Shown in pieces: positions 51,297 to 61,026 of a stretch of 64,000 bases of DNA. Each line of letters starts with the position of its first letter. The first letter of the stretch is position 1. Made by a program: the position numbers and the translations under genes. The notes beneath the pieces are model-generated. The model saw only the letters and a program-made list of their open reading frames with translations, made no database searches and was not told where the DNA came from. The DNA is taken from the NCBI GenBank assembly GCA_044341565.1, contig JBIIRM010000002.1, positions 65,812 through 129,811 of the forward strand, written 5' to 3'. This DNA is from Minisyncoccia bacterium. GTDB taxonomy: Bacteria > Patescibacteriota > Minisyncoccia > SW-4-49-11.

Positions 51297-52617
51297 CAAA
51301 TACTCTGATATGAAAAACCTGATATACCAAATGCTCAAATATGCAAGCAAGCAATTATTAAAACGGTATAAACCAACTCTAATAGGAGTTATTGGAAATG
51401 TTGGAAAAACAAGTATGAGAACTAATATGGTATCATTTTTGAGTCAATTTAGTCCCGTCGGTACCAATATAGATAATTATAATACTCCAATAGGGATAAC
51501 ATTATCATTTTTGGATGAAGTGTCTCCTGGGAAGAATATATTTGGTTGGATACCTATTATTATGAAAGCTATATCAAGGGCTTGGTTTGGATATGCTCAA
51601 TTTGCACCTATTTGGGTATTAGAAATTGGTATTGATGCTCCTGGAGATATGGATGAATTTGTAGAGAATTTCTTAGAATTTGATGTAGTAGTATTTGGAT
51701 TTATTGGAGAAAATCCTGTACATTTAGCTCAATTTCAAGATAGAAAAGAATTGATTCACGAAGATGCAAAAATATTAAGGGGATTAAAAAAAGATGGAGT
51801 TCTTATTATAGATGGTGATGATACGGTTCTCAAGTCTATTTGGCGTAAAAGAGAAAATGTCATTACTTTTGGTTTTGGGGATGTAGATATTAAAGCTTCA
51901 GATTTCAAAGTTACCATAGATGTAGTCAATACAAAAGAACAATGGGCAAATTATTATAGTAGCCTAGTACCAAAGGCAAGTTTTAAAGTTGAATATAGGG
52001 GAAGTAGTATTCCATTTCAGGTTGATTATGTATTAGGAAAACATCAGGTAAATGCGGTACTCCCATCAATTGCACTTGGAATTGTAGATGGTATGAATTT
52101 GATTGATATTTCACAACAAATAAAACAGGTGAGCCCAGTAAAAGGAAGACTTCGATGTCTGGAGGGGGTAAAAGACACCCTACTTATTGATGACACTTAT
52201 AATGCAGCTCCTTCTGCGGTGGCTATGGCATTAGATTCTCTGGATAGATTAAAAGTTCCAGGAGCTCGTAAAGTTGCAATTCTTGGAGTTATGAGAGAAT
52301 TAGGACCAGATTCACAGCAAATACATCAAGATATAGGTCAGGTAACCGCCAAAGTAGCTGATATATGTATTGGAGTAGGTGAGGATACAAAGGATATTTT
52401 ATTAGCTTTTCATAAGCATAATCCAAAAGGACTATATCATTGGTTTGCAGATTCTGAGGAGGCAGCACTTCATATAGTTGACTTTATTACCTCAGATGAT
52501 ATTATTCTAGTAAAGGGGTCACAATTCTCTCGTATGGAAAGAGTATCTGCAGAATTACTTTCGAATAAGAGATATAGATCAGAATTATTAACCCGACAAT
52601 CAGCAGAATGGCTATAA
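51268..52617 (+). CDS. murF: UDP-MurNAc-tripeptide--D-Ala-D-Ala ligase, short form
   Basis: P-loop GVIGNVGKTS and IDDTYNAAPSAV (MurF DDSYNANP-like). 449 aa with reduced N-terminal domain. Alternative start ATG 51310. Confidence 0.7.
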   Translation: MKLSQINRFNKYSDMKNLIYQMLKYASKQLLKRYKPTLIGVIGNVGKTSMRTNMVSFLSQFSPVGTNIDNYNTPIGITLSFLDEVSPGKNIFGWIPIIMKAISRAWFGYAQFAPIWVLEIGIDAPGDMDEFVENFLEFDVVVFGFIGENPVHLAQFQDRKELIHEDAKILRGLKKDGVLIIDGDDTVLKSIWRKRENVITFGFGDVDIKASDFKVTIDVVNTKEQWANYYSSLVPKASFKVEYRGSSIPFQVDYVLGKHQVNAVLPSIALGIVDGMNLIDISQQIKQVSPVKGRLRCLEGVKDTLLIDDTYNAAPSAVAMALDSLDRLKVPGARKVAILGVMRELGPDSQQIHQDIGQVTAKVADICIGVGEDTKDILLAFHKHNPKGLYHWFADSEEAALHIVDFITSDDIILVKGSQFSRMERVSAELLSNKRYRSELLTRQSAEWL

Positions 52618-52847
52618 AAATTATGAAGAAATCAAATAAATTATTTAAACAAGCATTTGCTGAATTAGAGAAGTTAACTCAAGATTTAGAACAAAATGAT
52701 GCCCTAGATTTAGAGAAAGGAGTTGTTTTATTCGAACAAGGTATGGAATTAGCTCAAATCTGTAAAACTCATCTCTCAGAAATCGAAAATACTATTATTA
52801 CTATTCAAAACAAATATTCAAAAAATAATGAAAAATCTCAAAGTTAA
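52608..52847 (+). CDS. xseB: exodeoxyribonuclease VII small subunit
   Basis: 79 aa. FEQGMELAQICKTHLSEIENTI matches the XseB helical hairpin consensus. Confidence 0.65.
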   Translation: MAIKIMKKSNKLFKQAFAELEKLTQDLEQNDALDLEKGVVLFEQGMELAQICKTHLSEIENTIITIQNKYSKNNEKSQS

Positions 52848-54639
52848 TATATCAATTCTTGCTCTAGTATTTTTAATCCCGAGTATTTCTTTTGCTGAAA
52901 CTGGGGATCGCATTGTCTATACACAATGTGAATTATCTCAATATGAAGAGCAATTAGCACCAGATTGGTATTTGGTAGAACAAGGCCAAGTCAAAAAAGA
53001 ATGTATTATTAAAGATATTCCAGAACAAAAAATTTATTTAGCAAGTAATGATATTCAATATGCTAATCAGTGGGCACTCAAAAATACAGGACAAACTATT
53101 TTAGGGCAAGTGGGAATAGCAGGTAAGGATATTGGATTTGAAGCAGGATATCCTAATATTGCAAATGCACCCAAAGGAAATACCAAAATTGGACTTATTG
53201 ATACAGGAGTTACTTCAATTCCTGATACAGCTGCTCAAATAGGAGCAGGATTTAATGTTATCGCTAATAATAGTAATGCAACAGATGATAATGGACATGG
53301 AACATTCATCTCTACTATTATTGCCTCACAAGTAAATAATGCTCAGGGAATAGCAGGAATTAATGATAGGGCCACTATTATCCCTATTAAAGTATTAGGA
53401 GCTGATGGTAGTGGGTATTTATCTGACTTAATAGAGGGAATACAATATGCTATTGACCAAAATGTGGCAATTATTAATTTAAGTCTTGCAACAAGTTCAT
53501 ATACTTCCGCCTTGAATCCCATTATAGAAAAAGCATATCAAAGAGGAATTATTATTGTGGCAGCAGCAGGGAATGGGGGAGTCAATATTACATCTCCTAC
53601 TATATCCCCACTCAATAATGATGGGAATAAAAATTGGATTATTGGTGTTGGTACGGTTGATAATCGTGGGGTAAAACCAGGATATGCTAATGATGGTCTT
53701 GGGGTAGATGTATTGGCGCCGGGGGATGATTTGCTTGGATATAATGCGAGCAATATACTTCAATATCGTTCTGGGACATCTATATCAACAGCAGTTGTTA
53801 CAGGAATTATTTCTGCTTGGCGGGATTATTATGGAACTCTTACCCCGGAAGATGCTATGAATTTGATTAATAGCTCTAGCCAAAATAGAGTTATATCTAT
53901 GAGTGTCGCCATGATAAAGCGTATATATCCCAATGGAGCTTTGATTCGAACAGCTAATTCAGGTGTTTTTATTGTAAAACAGGGGATAAAAAGACCTATT
54001 ATTGATCCTATTGTATTCTTATCCTATTATTATCGTTGGGAAGATATAAGTATCATTAGTCAATCAGTATTTGATGCTATTCCAATCGGGGATGCCTTGT
54101 CTCTAAGAGAAGGACTATTAATTGCAGATAAAGATAAAGTATATGTAATAGAGCAGGGATTAAAGCGTCCAATTGCTTCTCCTGAAGTTTTCCTAGGACT
54201 CGGGTATCAATGGAGTAATATTCAATTCCCATCTCAAGCGGTTCTTAATAATCATCCAACAGGATCCTTGGTGGGGGATATGAATACTCCTCCCAATGGT
54301 AGTGTGATTTATGCCGAAGGAACAGGGGCTTATTTAGTTGAAAATGGGAAGAAAAAACCCTTTAATAGCCCTTATACTTTCTTGAGTAGATATAGATGGA
54401 GTGATTTGATGTTAACTCAACGTAATATTGTGGATAATCTACCTACAGGTCTAGATGTATTCCCTCAAGAAGGTTCTATTATTCGAGATGATGGGGCCGT
54501 ATATTGGATTGAGAATAATACCAAGCGTCCATTTGCTTCACCTGAGGCTTTTTTGGGGCTTGGTTTATCCTGGGGAAGAGTGGTATATCCACCTGATGTT
54601 GTCTTGAATACTCTCAAACAAGGTGCTATAATACAATAA
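52828..54639 (+). CDS. secreted subtilisin-like serine peptidase (S8) with four C-terminal ~60-aa repeats
   Basis: Signal peptide. Catalytic triad contexts DTGV (Asp), HGTFIS (His) and SGTSISTAV (Ser). C-terminal repeats of the same family as 17932-21482. Confidence 0.8.
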   Translation: MKNLKVNISILALVFLIPSISFAETGDRIVYTQCELSQYEEQLAPDWYLVEQGQVKKECIIKDIPEQKIYLASNDIQYANQWALKNTGQTILGQVGIAGKDIGFEAGYPNIANAPKGNTKIGLIDTGVTSIPDTAAQIGAGFNVIANNSNATDDNGHGTFISTIIASQVNNAQGIAGINDRATIIPIKVLGADGSGYLSDLIEGIQYAIDQNVAIINLSLATSSYTSALNPIIEKAYQRGIIIVAAAGNGGVNITSPTISPLNNDGNKNWIIGVGTVDNRGVKPGYANDGLGVDVLAPGDDLLGYNASNILQYRSGTSISTAVVTGIISAWRDYYGTLTPEDAMNLINSSSQNRVISMSVAMIKRIYPNGALIRTANSGVFIVKQGIKRPIIDPIVFLSYYYRWEDISIISQSVFDAIPIGDALSLREGLLIADKDKVYVIEQGLKRPIASPEVFLGLGYQWSNIQFPSQAVLNNHPTGSLVGDMNTPPNGSVIYAEGTGAYLVENGKKKPFNSPYTFLSRYRWSDLMLTQRNIVDNLPTGLDVFPQEGSIIRDDGAVYWIENNTKRPFASPEAFLGLGLSWGRVVYPPDVVLNTLKQGAIIQ

Positions 54640-54661
54640 GAATTATTTATACAAATACAAT

Positions 54662-55696
54662 ATGAAAAAACGAATTGCAATCAATGGATTTGGGAGAATT
54701 GGAAGAACGGTATTAAAAATTTCATTATTACCACCTTATAATGAAATGTTAGAAGTAGTAGCAGTTAATGATTTGGGGGATGTGCACAATCTTGCTTATT
54801 TAGTCAAATATGACTCAGTATATGGGACAATACCACAAGAAGTCTCAGTAATGGAGCGAGAAGGAAAACCCTATATTAAAGTTGCTGATCAAGAAATTGT
54901 TGTATGTTCTGAAAAAGATCCCAATAATTTACCATGGGCGAGCCTAGCAATTGATGTAGTGATTGAATCCACAGGATTTTTTACTAGTACTGAGAAATCA
55001 CAAGCCCATATTAATGCTGGGGCAAAAAGAGTTGTAATCTCAGCACCAACTAAGGATGACACCTTAATGGTAACTCCAGCTCTTAATGAGAATGCTCTCA
55101 AAGATGTTTTAATTAGCTCTAATGCATCTTGTACTACCAATGCTACCAATCCAGTAGCTGCTATTATTCATGAAGCACTTGGTATTGAGAAAGCAATGTT
55201 ATCAACAGTTCATGCTTATACCTCAACACAATCTCTCGTAGATGGTATGGCTGACCCTAGTGATATGAGAAGAGGGAGAGCAGGAGCACAGAATATAGTT
55301 CCCTCAACCACAGGAGCTGCAAAGGCAGTAAGTAAGGTAATACCTGATCTTGCAGGGAAATTTGATGGTGTTGCAATTCGTGTGCCTGTTATTGCAGGAT
55401 CATTAATTGATTTGACCATGTTAGTGTCCCGAGATACAACAGTTGAAGAAATAAATCAAATTCTTATTAATGCCTCTAATAGTGATAAGTGGAAAAATAT
55501 ACTCGGAGTAACAACCGATCAATTAGTATCTACTGATATACTGAAATCATCTTATGGGAGTTTGGTTTCTCTTGATTTAACCCAGGTGGTAGATGGGGAC
55601 CTCATTAAGGTTATGGCCTGGTATGATAATGAATGGAGTTATACTTCTATGCTAATGCGTCATGTGCAAACAGTACTGAATGTATTGGAAAGTTAA
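54662..55696 (+). CDS. gap: glyceraldehyde-3-phosphate dehydrogenase
   Basis: INGFGRIGR NAD-binding motif and the SNASCTTN active-site cysteine motif. Confidence 0.9.
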   Translation: MKKRIAINGFGRIGRTVLKISLLPPYNEMLEVVAVNDLGDVHNLAYLVKYDSVYGTIPQEVSVMEREGKPYIKVADQEIVVCSEKDPNNLPWASLAIDVVIESTGFFTSTEKSQAHINAGAKRVVISAPTKDDTLMVTPALNENALKDVLISSNASCTTNATNPVAAIIHEALGIEKAMLSTVHAYTSTQSLVDGMADPSDMRRGRAGAQNIVPSTTGAAKAVSKVIPDLAGKFDGVAIRVPVIAGSLIDLTMLVSRDTTVEEINQILINASNSDKWKNILGVTTDQLVSTDILKSSYGSLVSLDLTQVVDGDLIKVMAWYDNEWSYTSMLMRHVQTVLNVLES

Positions 55697-55704
55697 CACA
55701 TATT

Positions 55705-57489
55705 ATGAAAAACAAAAAATATACAAATAAAAAGGGATTTACTCTATTAGAAATATTATTAGTAATAACGCTTATCGGTATATTAGCTTCCATTGTTCTG
55801 ATTGCAATTAACCCAAATAGACAATTAGCTGAGGCTCGTAATCTAAAGAGATTTGATGATATTACTAAAATCAATCAAGCTTTAGAAGATTATTTTGTTG
55901 TAAATAAAGCCTATCCTACAGGCGTAACGCAATCATATCAAGATATTTGTCCCCCAAGTGGAGGAAGTAATTGTGTGGATTTAAGTGCATTAGTACCTGA
56001 TTATCTTCCTAGTATTCCTATAGCTCCTAATGCAGCTGCAGGAACAACTGGATATACGGTTGCTATAAACACTAAAAATAAACAATTGTCTCTAGAAGCA
56101 AAAACCCCTGAATTAGGAAGTACTATTGTTATTAATCCTATAACCCCTACTAATATTCTATTTGCAAATCAATATAATTTAACTGGGGGAGAGGTGAGTG
56201 AGGGAGTTAATTTTTATGATATTAAAAGTTTTGCTGATGGGAGTAGTATAGCAGCAGGATATATTAGAGGGACTGTAACCTTAGGATTGGATACTTTTAC
56301 ATCATCAGGAGGGCCTGTGAAGATTATTGTGAAATATGATTCGAATGGTGATATTGTATGGGTAAGACAACCTGGTGGCTATGATTATGATAATACAGAA
56401 ATAAGTATATTATCAGATGGAAGCAGTATTGTAACAGGTAGTTTTGATGGTACAGTAACATTTGGAACACAGCCCGCTTTAGTAGGAACGGGTTTTGATA
56501 AATTTATTGTAAAATATGATATAAATGGGACCGTGGTATGGGCAAAAAAGGTATCTAATGGGGGTAATTATAAAACAATACAAGGTTTGAGTGGATTTGC
56601 TGATGGGAGTAGTGTAGTGACAGGATATTTTTCAGGGACATTAGATTTTCAAGGTCAACCACCTCTTATAAATAATAATAGTTTTTCGTGGTATACAGAT
56701 ATGTTTATCGTAAAATATGATACAAACGGAAATGTATTATGGGCGAGATCAGCTGGAGGGTATGATTCTTCTGATTACGGACAAAAAGCTACTACATTAA
56801 CAGACGGAAGTAGTATTGTAACAGGTAGTTTTGGTACTACAATAACATTTGGAGACCAACCACCTTTGGTGACTGTTGGAGGATCTGATATGTATCTTAC
56901 AAAATATGATACGAGTGGAAATGCAGTATGGTCAAAACAAATTGTATCAAATTATTATGCTGGTATTAATGGAATAAAAAGTTTAACAGGTGGGGGTAGT
57001 ATTATAACAGGTAATTTTAATGGTACGATAACATTTGGAGATCAACCACCTTTGGAGAGTATTGGAGAAACTGATATATTTATTGTAAAGTATGATACTA
57101 ATGGTAATGTTGTATGGGCAAAGCAAGTAGGGGCAACCAATTATAATTCGAGTTTGGACATAAGTGTATTAACAGATGGAAGTAGTATTATAACAGGTAG
57201 TTTTGGTGGCACGGTAGCATTTGGAAACCAGCCTGCTTTAGTAAGTTCTGGAGAAAATGATATATTTATTGCAAAATATGATACCAATGGTAATGTTATA
57301 TGGGTCAAATCAGCTGGTGCAGCTACAGAACCAGTGGATACAGATATTGGTTTAGGTATAACGGTTTTAAGTAATGGAGACTTTATACTTATTGGATCAG
57401 TAAATCCTTTTGCATCTTTTGACAATGGATTATATGACCTTAATAATAGTAGCTATGTTACATTTATGATGAAATATAAAGGAACTTAG
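55705..57489 (+). CDS. type IV pilin-like protein with large C-terminal beta-propeller (SBBP-like) repeat domain
   Basis: KKGFTLLEILLVITLIGILASIVLIAI prepilin motif. At least eight repeats of pattern DGSSIVTGSF.GT.TFG.QP.L......D.FIVKYDTNGNVVWAK. Confidence 0.7.
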   Translation: MKNKKYTNKKGFTLLEILLVITLIGILASIVLIAINPNRQLAEARNLKRFDDITKINQALEDYFVVNKAYPTGVTQSYQDICPPSGGSNCVDLSALVPDYLPSIPIAPNAAAGTTGYTVAINTKNKQLSLEAKTPELGSTIVINPITPTNILFANQYNLTGGEVSEGVNFYDIKSFADGSSIAAGYIRGTVTLGLDTFTSSGGPVKIIVKYDSNGDIVWVRQPGGYDYDNTEISILSDGSSIVTGSFDGTVTFGTQPALVGTGFDKFIVKYDINGTVVWAKKVSNGGNYKTIQGLSGFADGSSVVTGYFSGTLDFQGQPPLINNNSFSWYTDMFIVKYDTNGNVLWARSAGGYDSSDYGQKATTLTDGSSIVTGSFGTTITFGDQPPLVTVGGSDMYLTKYDTSGNAVWSKQIVSNYYAGINGIKSLTGGGSIITGNFNGTITFGDQPPLESIGETDIFIVKYDTNGNVVWAKQVGATNYNSSLDISVLTDGSSIITGSFGGTVAFGNQPALVSSGENDIFIAKYDTNGNVIWVKSAGAATEPVDTDIGLGITVLSNGDFILIGSVNPFASFDNGLYDLNNSSYVTFMMKYKGT

Positions 57490-57573
57490 TATTCCTATTG
57501 GTCAAAGAATATTAATCTTATTGACGAATAGATCGAATAACCGTATACTTGAGACTACGTATAAGGGTATAGT

Positions 57574-58650
57574 ATGAGTAAAACAGTATTCCTTGGTATG
57601 TCAGGAGGGGTAGATTCTTCGGTATCTGCTTATCTTTTGCAACAACAAGGATATAATGTTGTGGGTGTATTTATGAAGAATTGGTCGGGTAAACTTGAAA
57701 CCAGCCGAGGGATTTTTGATTTTCCTTGTTCATCTCAAGCTGATTATGAAGATGCCCGGCAAGTAGCTGGGCATCTTGGAATACCAATATATACTTTTGA
57801 TTTTGAAGCGGAATATCGCAATCGAGTGATAGAATATTTTATTGCTGAGATTAAGCGAGGTCGTACTCCTAATCCTGATATTATGTGTAATAAAGAAATT
57901 AAATTCAAGGTTTTCCTCGATAAATGCCTTTCTCTGGGAGCTGATTATATTGCAACTGGACATTATGCACGAGTCAATAAGACAGAAGATGGGATATATC
58001 ATCTTTTAAAGGGAATAGATACTACCAAGGATCAGTCTTATTTCCTCTCTACTCTAGGGCAATATGAATTATCTCATACCTTATTCCCTGTAGGGGATAT
58101 ACCAAAATCTGAGGTTAGAAGAATAGCTCTTGAGATTAAATTGCCTAATGCAAAAAAGCCAGATAGTCAAGGAATTTGTTTTGTAGGAGAAATTGATGTC
58201 AATGCTTTTATCGAATCTTTTGTAGGAGAAAATCCTGGAGATATTGTGAATACAGAGGGTAATATATTAGGACAACATAGAGGTTTATACTTCTATACCA
58301 TTGGGCAGAGAAAGGGACTTGGAATTGGTGGGGGAATACCCTATTTTGTGAAATCAAAGAATCTAGAGACCAATCAACTGATTGTATCTAAGGGGGTAGA
58401 CCCATTGGATTTATATCAATCTGAAGTTATTATTAAAGAATTATCCTGGACTCATACAATACCAGAATTACCACAACAATTACAGGCTAAAATTCGTTAT
58501 AGATCTCAGGATGTATCTTGTCGCGTAGAAATGATTGATGAGTCATCTCTTAAAGTACTATCTGATGAGCCTCAGAGGGCCATAACACAGGGGCAATTCC
58601 TTGCTTTATATAAAGATGATGAATTAATTGGAAGTGGAATAATGGACTAG
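57574..58650 (+). CDS. mnmA: tRNA-specific 2-thiouridylase
   Basis: PP-loop VFLGMSGGVDSSVSA and catalytic Cys contexts. Confidence 0.9.
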   Translation: MSKTVFLGMSGGVDSSVSAYLLQQQGYNVVGVFMKNWSGKLETSRGIFDFPCSSQADYEDARQVAGHLGIPIYTFDFEAEYRNRVIEYFIAEIKRGRTPNPDIMCNKEIKFKVFLDKCLSLGADYIATGHYARVNKTEDGIYHLLKGIDTTKDQSYFLSTLGQYELSHTLFPVGDIPKSEVRRIALEIKLPNAKKPDSQGICFVGEIDVNAFIESFVGENPGDIVNTEGNILGQHRGLYFYTIGQRKGLGIGGGIPYFVKSKNLETNQLIVSKGVDPLDLYQSEVIIKELSWTHTIPELPQQLQAKIRYRSQDVSCRVEMIDESSLKVLSDEPQRAITQGQFLALYKDDELIGSGIMD

Positions 58651-58706
58651 GGTATTGAAAAATATTGATATTTATGCTATAATAACTGATAATCTTATAT
58701 CAAATT

Positions 58707-59282
58707 ATGCATTCTCCATTTGTGATTATATCTTCTCCCTCAGGTGGAGGAAAATCGACAATAGCAAAAAAAATCCTTCAATCATCGCGTCGTTTTGCTA
58801 AAGCAATTTCCGCCACTACTCGAGCTCCAAGAATAGGGGAAAAAAATGGAAAAGATTATTATTTCCTTTCTGTAGAAGAGTTTCGAGATAAAATTGCTCA
58901 AAAACAATTTTTAGAATGGGAAGAAGTATATACAGACAAATTCTATGGGACATTAAAATCTGAAATAGAAAAATTATCTGAGCAAAATAAAATTGTAATT
59001 ATGATACTCGATATTCATGGAGCATTAAAGCTGAAAAAAGAATTTCAGGATAGAGTATTAACCATATTCCTCGATATCCCAAGCCTTGAGATACTAAAGG
59101 AACGCCTACAATATCGGGCTACAGAAAGCTCAGCATCTCTAGAGGATAGATTACATCGAGCTAAATATGAATTATCATATAAGAATCAATTTGATATTGT
59201 AATTGAGAATACTAATCTTACTAAGACAGTAAAACAATCTATTGAAGCCATTGATACATTTTTGCATAAATGTGAATTGTAG
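58707..59282 (+). CDS. gmk: guanylate kinase
   Basis: P-loop SPSGGGKST and TTRAPRIGEKNGKDYYFLS. Confidence 0.85.
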   Translation: MHSPFVIISSPSGGGKSTIAKKILQSSRRFAKAISATTRAPRIGEKNGKDYYFLSVEEFRDKIAQKQFLEWEEVYTDKFYGTLKSEIEKLSEQNKIVIMILDIHGALKLKKEFQDRVLTIFLDIPSLEILKERLQYRATESSASLEDRLHRAKYELSYKNQFDIVIENTNLTKTVKQSIEAIDTFLHKCEL

Positions 59283-59355
59283 GCTATACTCAAATATAGA
59301 GTAGAGTATATTATTGGTTATTTGATATATTTTTATTATATACTTACTCAAAATT

Positions 59356-59386
59356 GTTATTATTTTATTATTTTATTATTTTATTA
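59356..59386. repeat. short tandem repeat (attatttt x ~3.5) in the 5' region of the NYN gene
   Basis: tattattttattattttattattttattatg is directly visible. Copy number could vary by slippage. Confidence 0.3.
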
Positions 59387-60108
59387 TGACAAAAAAATAT
59401 AAGCCACCCTTCAAACATAAAAGAGGGTTCTTTAGTAGTGCTGATGAATTAGTGGATGATATCCCTGATTTAAAACCTGCTATATCAACACAAGAGCAAA
59501 CAGTATCAGCCCCTCCTAAGGTAGACACAAAGCCGACACATTATAATAATGCTCCGAGGCCTAAAACTGAACAGCCTAAGGGGTTAAAGACACAAAAGCC
59601 TTCAACTCAACCTAGGGCTTTTCAAAAAAGACCAAATTTTGCTTTTATTGATGGTCAGAATTTGAATAAATCAATTCAAAATCAAGGTTGGAGTCTTGAT
59701 TATAAAGAATTCCGTAATTATCTTGATAAAGAATTTGGGGTAAAAAAAGCCTATATGTTTATTGGTATGGTGAATACCAATCAGCAATTATACTCAGCCT
59801 TGCAGGACTTCGGATATCATTTGGTATTCAAACCAACTATTGCCAATAAACAAGGTGAGATAAAAGGAAATGTAGATGCCGAAATGGTATTATATGCTCT
59901 TACTCAAATTAATCAATATGATCAAGCGGTTATTGTGAGTGGAGATGGAGATTTTTATACTCTAGTTCAGTATTTACAAAGTCAGCGTAAATTAAAAAAA
60001 TTATTAGTACCCAATGAAAAAGCCTATTCAACTTTATATGATAGCCTAGATATCAGCACTACTTTTGTTGATGATTTACGTAAAACCCTAGAGTATAAAA
60101 AGAAATAA
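59386..60108 (+). CDS. NYN-domain (LabA-like PIN) nuclease with Pro/Lys/Thr-rich N-terminal extension
   Basis: FAFIDGQNL...DAEMVLYAL...VIVSGDGDFYTLVQYLQ match the NYN acidic-residue pattern. N-terminal ~85 aa low complexity. Confidence 0.7.
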   Translation: MTKKYKPPFKHKRGFFSSADELVDDIPDLKPAISTQEQTVSAPPKVDTKPTHYNNAPRPKTEQPKGLKTQKPSTQPRAFQKRPNFAFIDGQNLNKSIQNQGWSLDYKEFRNYLDKEFGVKKAYMFIGMVNTNQQLYSALQDFGYHLVFKPTIANKQGEIKGNVDAEMVLYALTQINQYDQAVIVSGDGDFYTLVQYLQSQRKLKKLLVPNEKAYSTLYDSLDISTTFVDDLRKTLEYKKK

Positions 60109-60114
60109 TTTTTT

Positions 60115-61011
60115 ATGCCCGAGCTTCCCGAAGTAGAAAGTTTAAGAGTGAGCTTGAAGCCATATATAATAGGGCAAACTATTGAGTCAGTGACCGTACA
60201 TAAGCCGAAATTGGTAAGTAGTTCAGGTACAGTCAGGCAGCCACTTCCTCACAAAAAAGAAGAATTTGAAAAAGAATTAAAGGGAACGACAATTATAAAT
60301 ATTACTCGTATCGCCAAGAATTTGCTGATACATTTGGATAGTGGGCAAGTGTTATTAGTACATCTTAAGATGACAGGTCAATTAGTATATCAAGAAAAAG
60401 GGGAGAATAAAGCTCTAGGGGGTCACCCCATTGAACTCTCAGAGACAAAACTTCCCAATCAACATAGTCATATTATATTCGAGTTAAATAAGGGGATTTT
60501 ATACTATAATGATATTAGAATGTTTGGGTATATATTATTATATCCAGATGAGCAGAGTATACATAAATCAGGGCATTTTGATGAGATAGGAATAGATCCA
60601 TTAGATGAGGCATTTACCTTTGAATATTTGTATCAGCATATTCATACTCGTAAATCTAAGCTTAAATCAATATTACTGGGGCAATCTATTGTGACCGGAC
60701 TTGGGAATATATATGCTGATGAGGTATGTTTTCGAGCTGGTATATTACCAAGTCGCCTTGCTTCAAATTTAATCAAAAAAGAAGTAAAAAAACTGCATGA
60801 TGCTATACAAGATGTTATCCCAGTTGCGGTCTCAATGGGAGGTTCTTCGGTAGCTAATTATATTATGGCAGATGGTTCTCGTGGTACATATGCACGAGAG
60901 CATAAAGTATATGGTAAATCTGGTAAGCCCTGTCAAATATGTGGCAATATATTACAAAAGACTATTATTAATACTCGAACAACGGTATTCTGTCAATTTT
61001 GCCAAAAATAA
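60115..61011 (+). CDS. mutM: formamidopyrimidine-DNA glycosylase
   Basis: MPELPEVE N-terminus (catalytic Pro2/Glu3), H2TH region, C-terminal zinc finger CQICGNILQ...CQFCQ. Confidence 0.9.
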   Translation: MPELPEVESLRVSLKPYIIGQTIESVTVHKPKLVSSSGTVRQPLPHKKEEFEKELKGTTIINITRIAKNLLIHLDSGQVLLVHLKMTGQLVYQEKGENKALGGHPIELSETKLPNQHSHIIFELNKGILYYNDIRMFGYILLYPDEQSIHKSGHFDEIGIDPLDEAFTFEYLYQHIHTRKSKLKSILLGQSIVTGLGNIYADEVCFRAGILPSRLASNLIKKEVKKLHDAIQDVIPVAVSMGGSSVANYIMADGSRGTYAREHKVYGKSGKPCQICGNILQKTIINTRTTVFCQFCQK

Positions 61012-61026
61012 GGTATACTAGAATAT

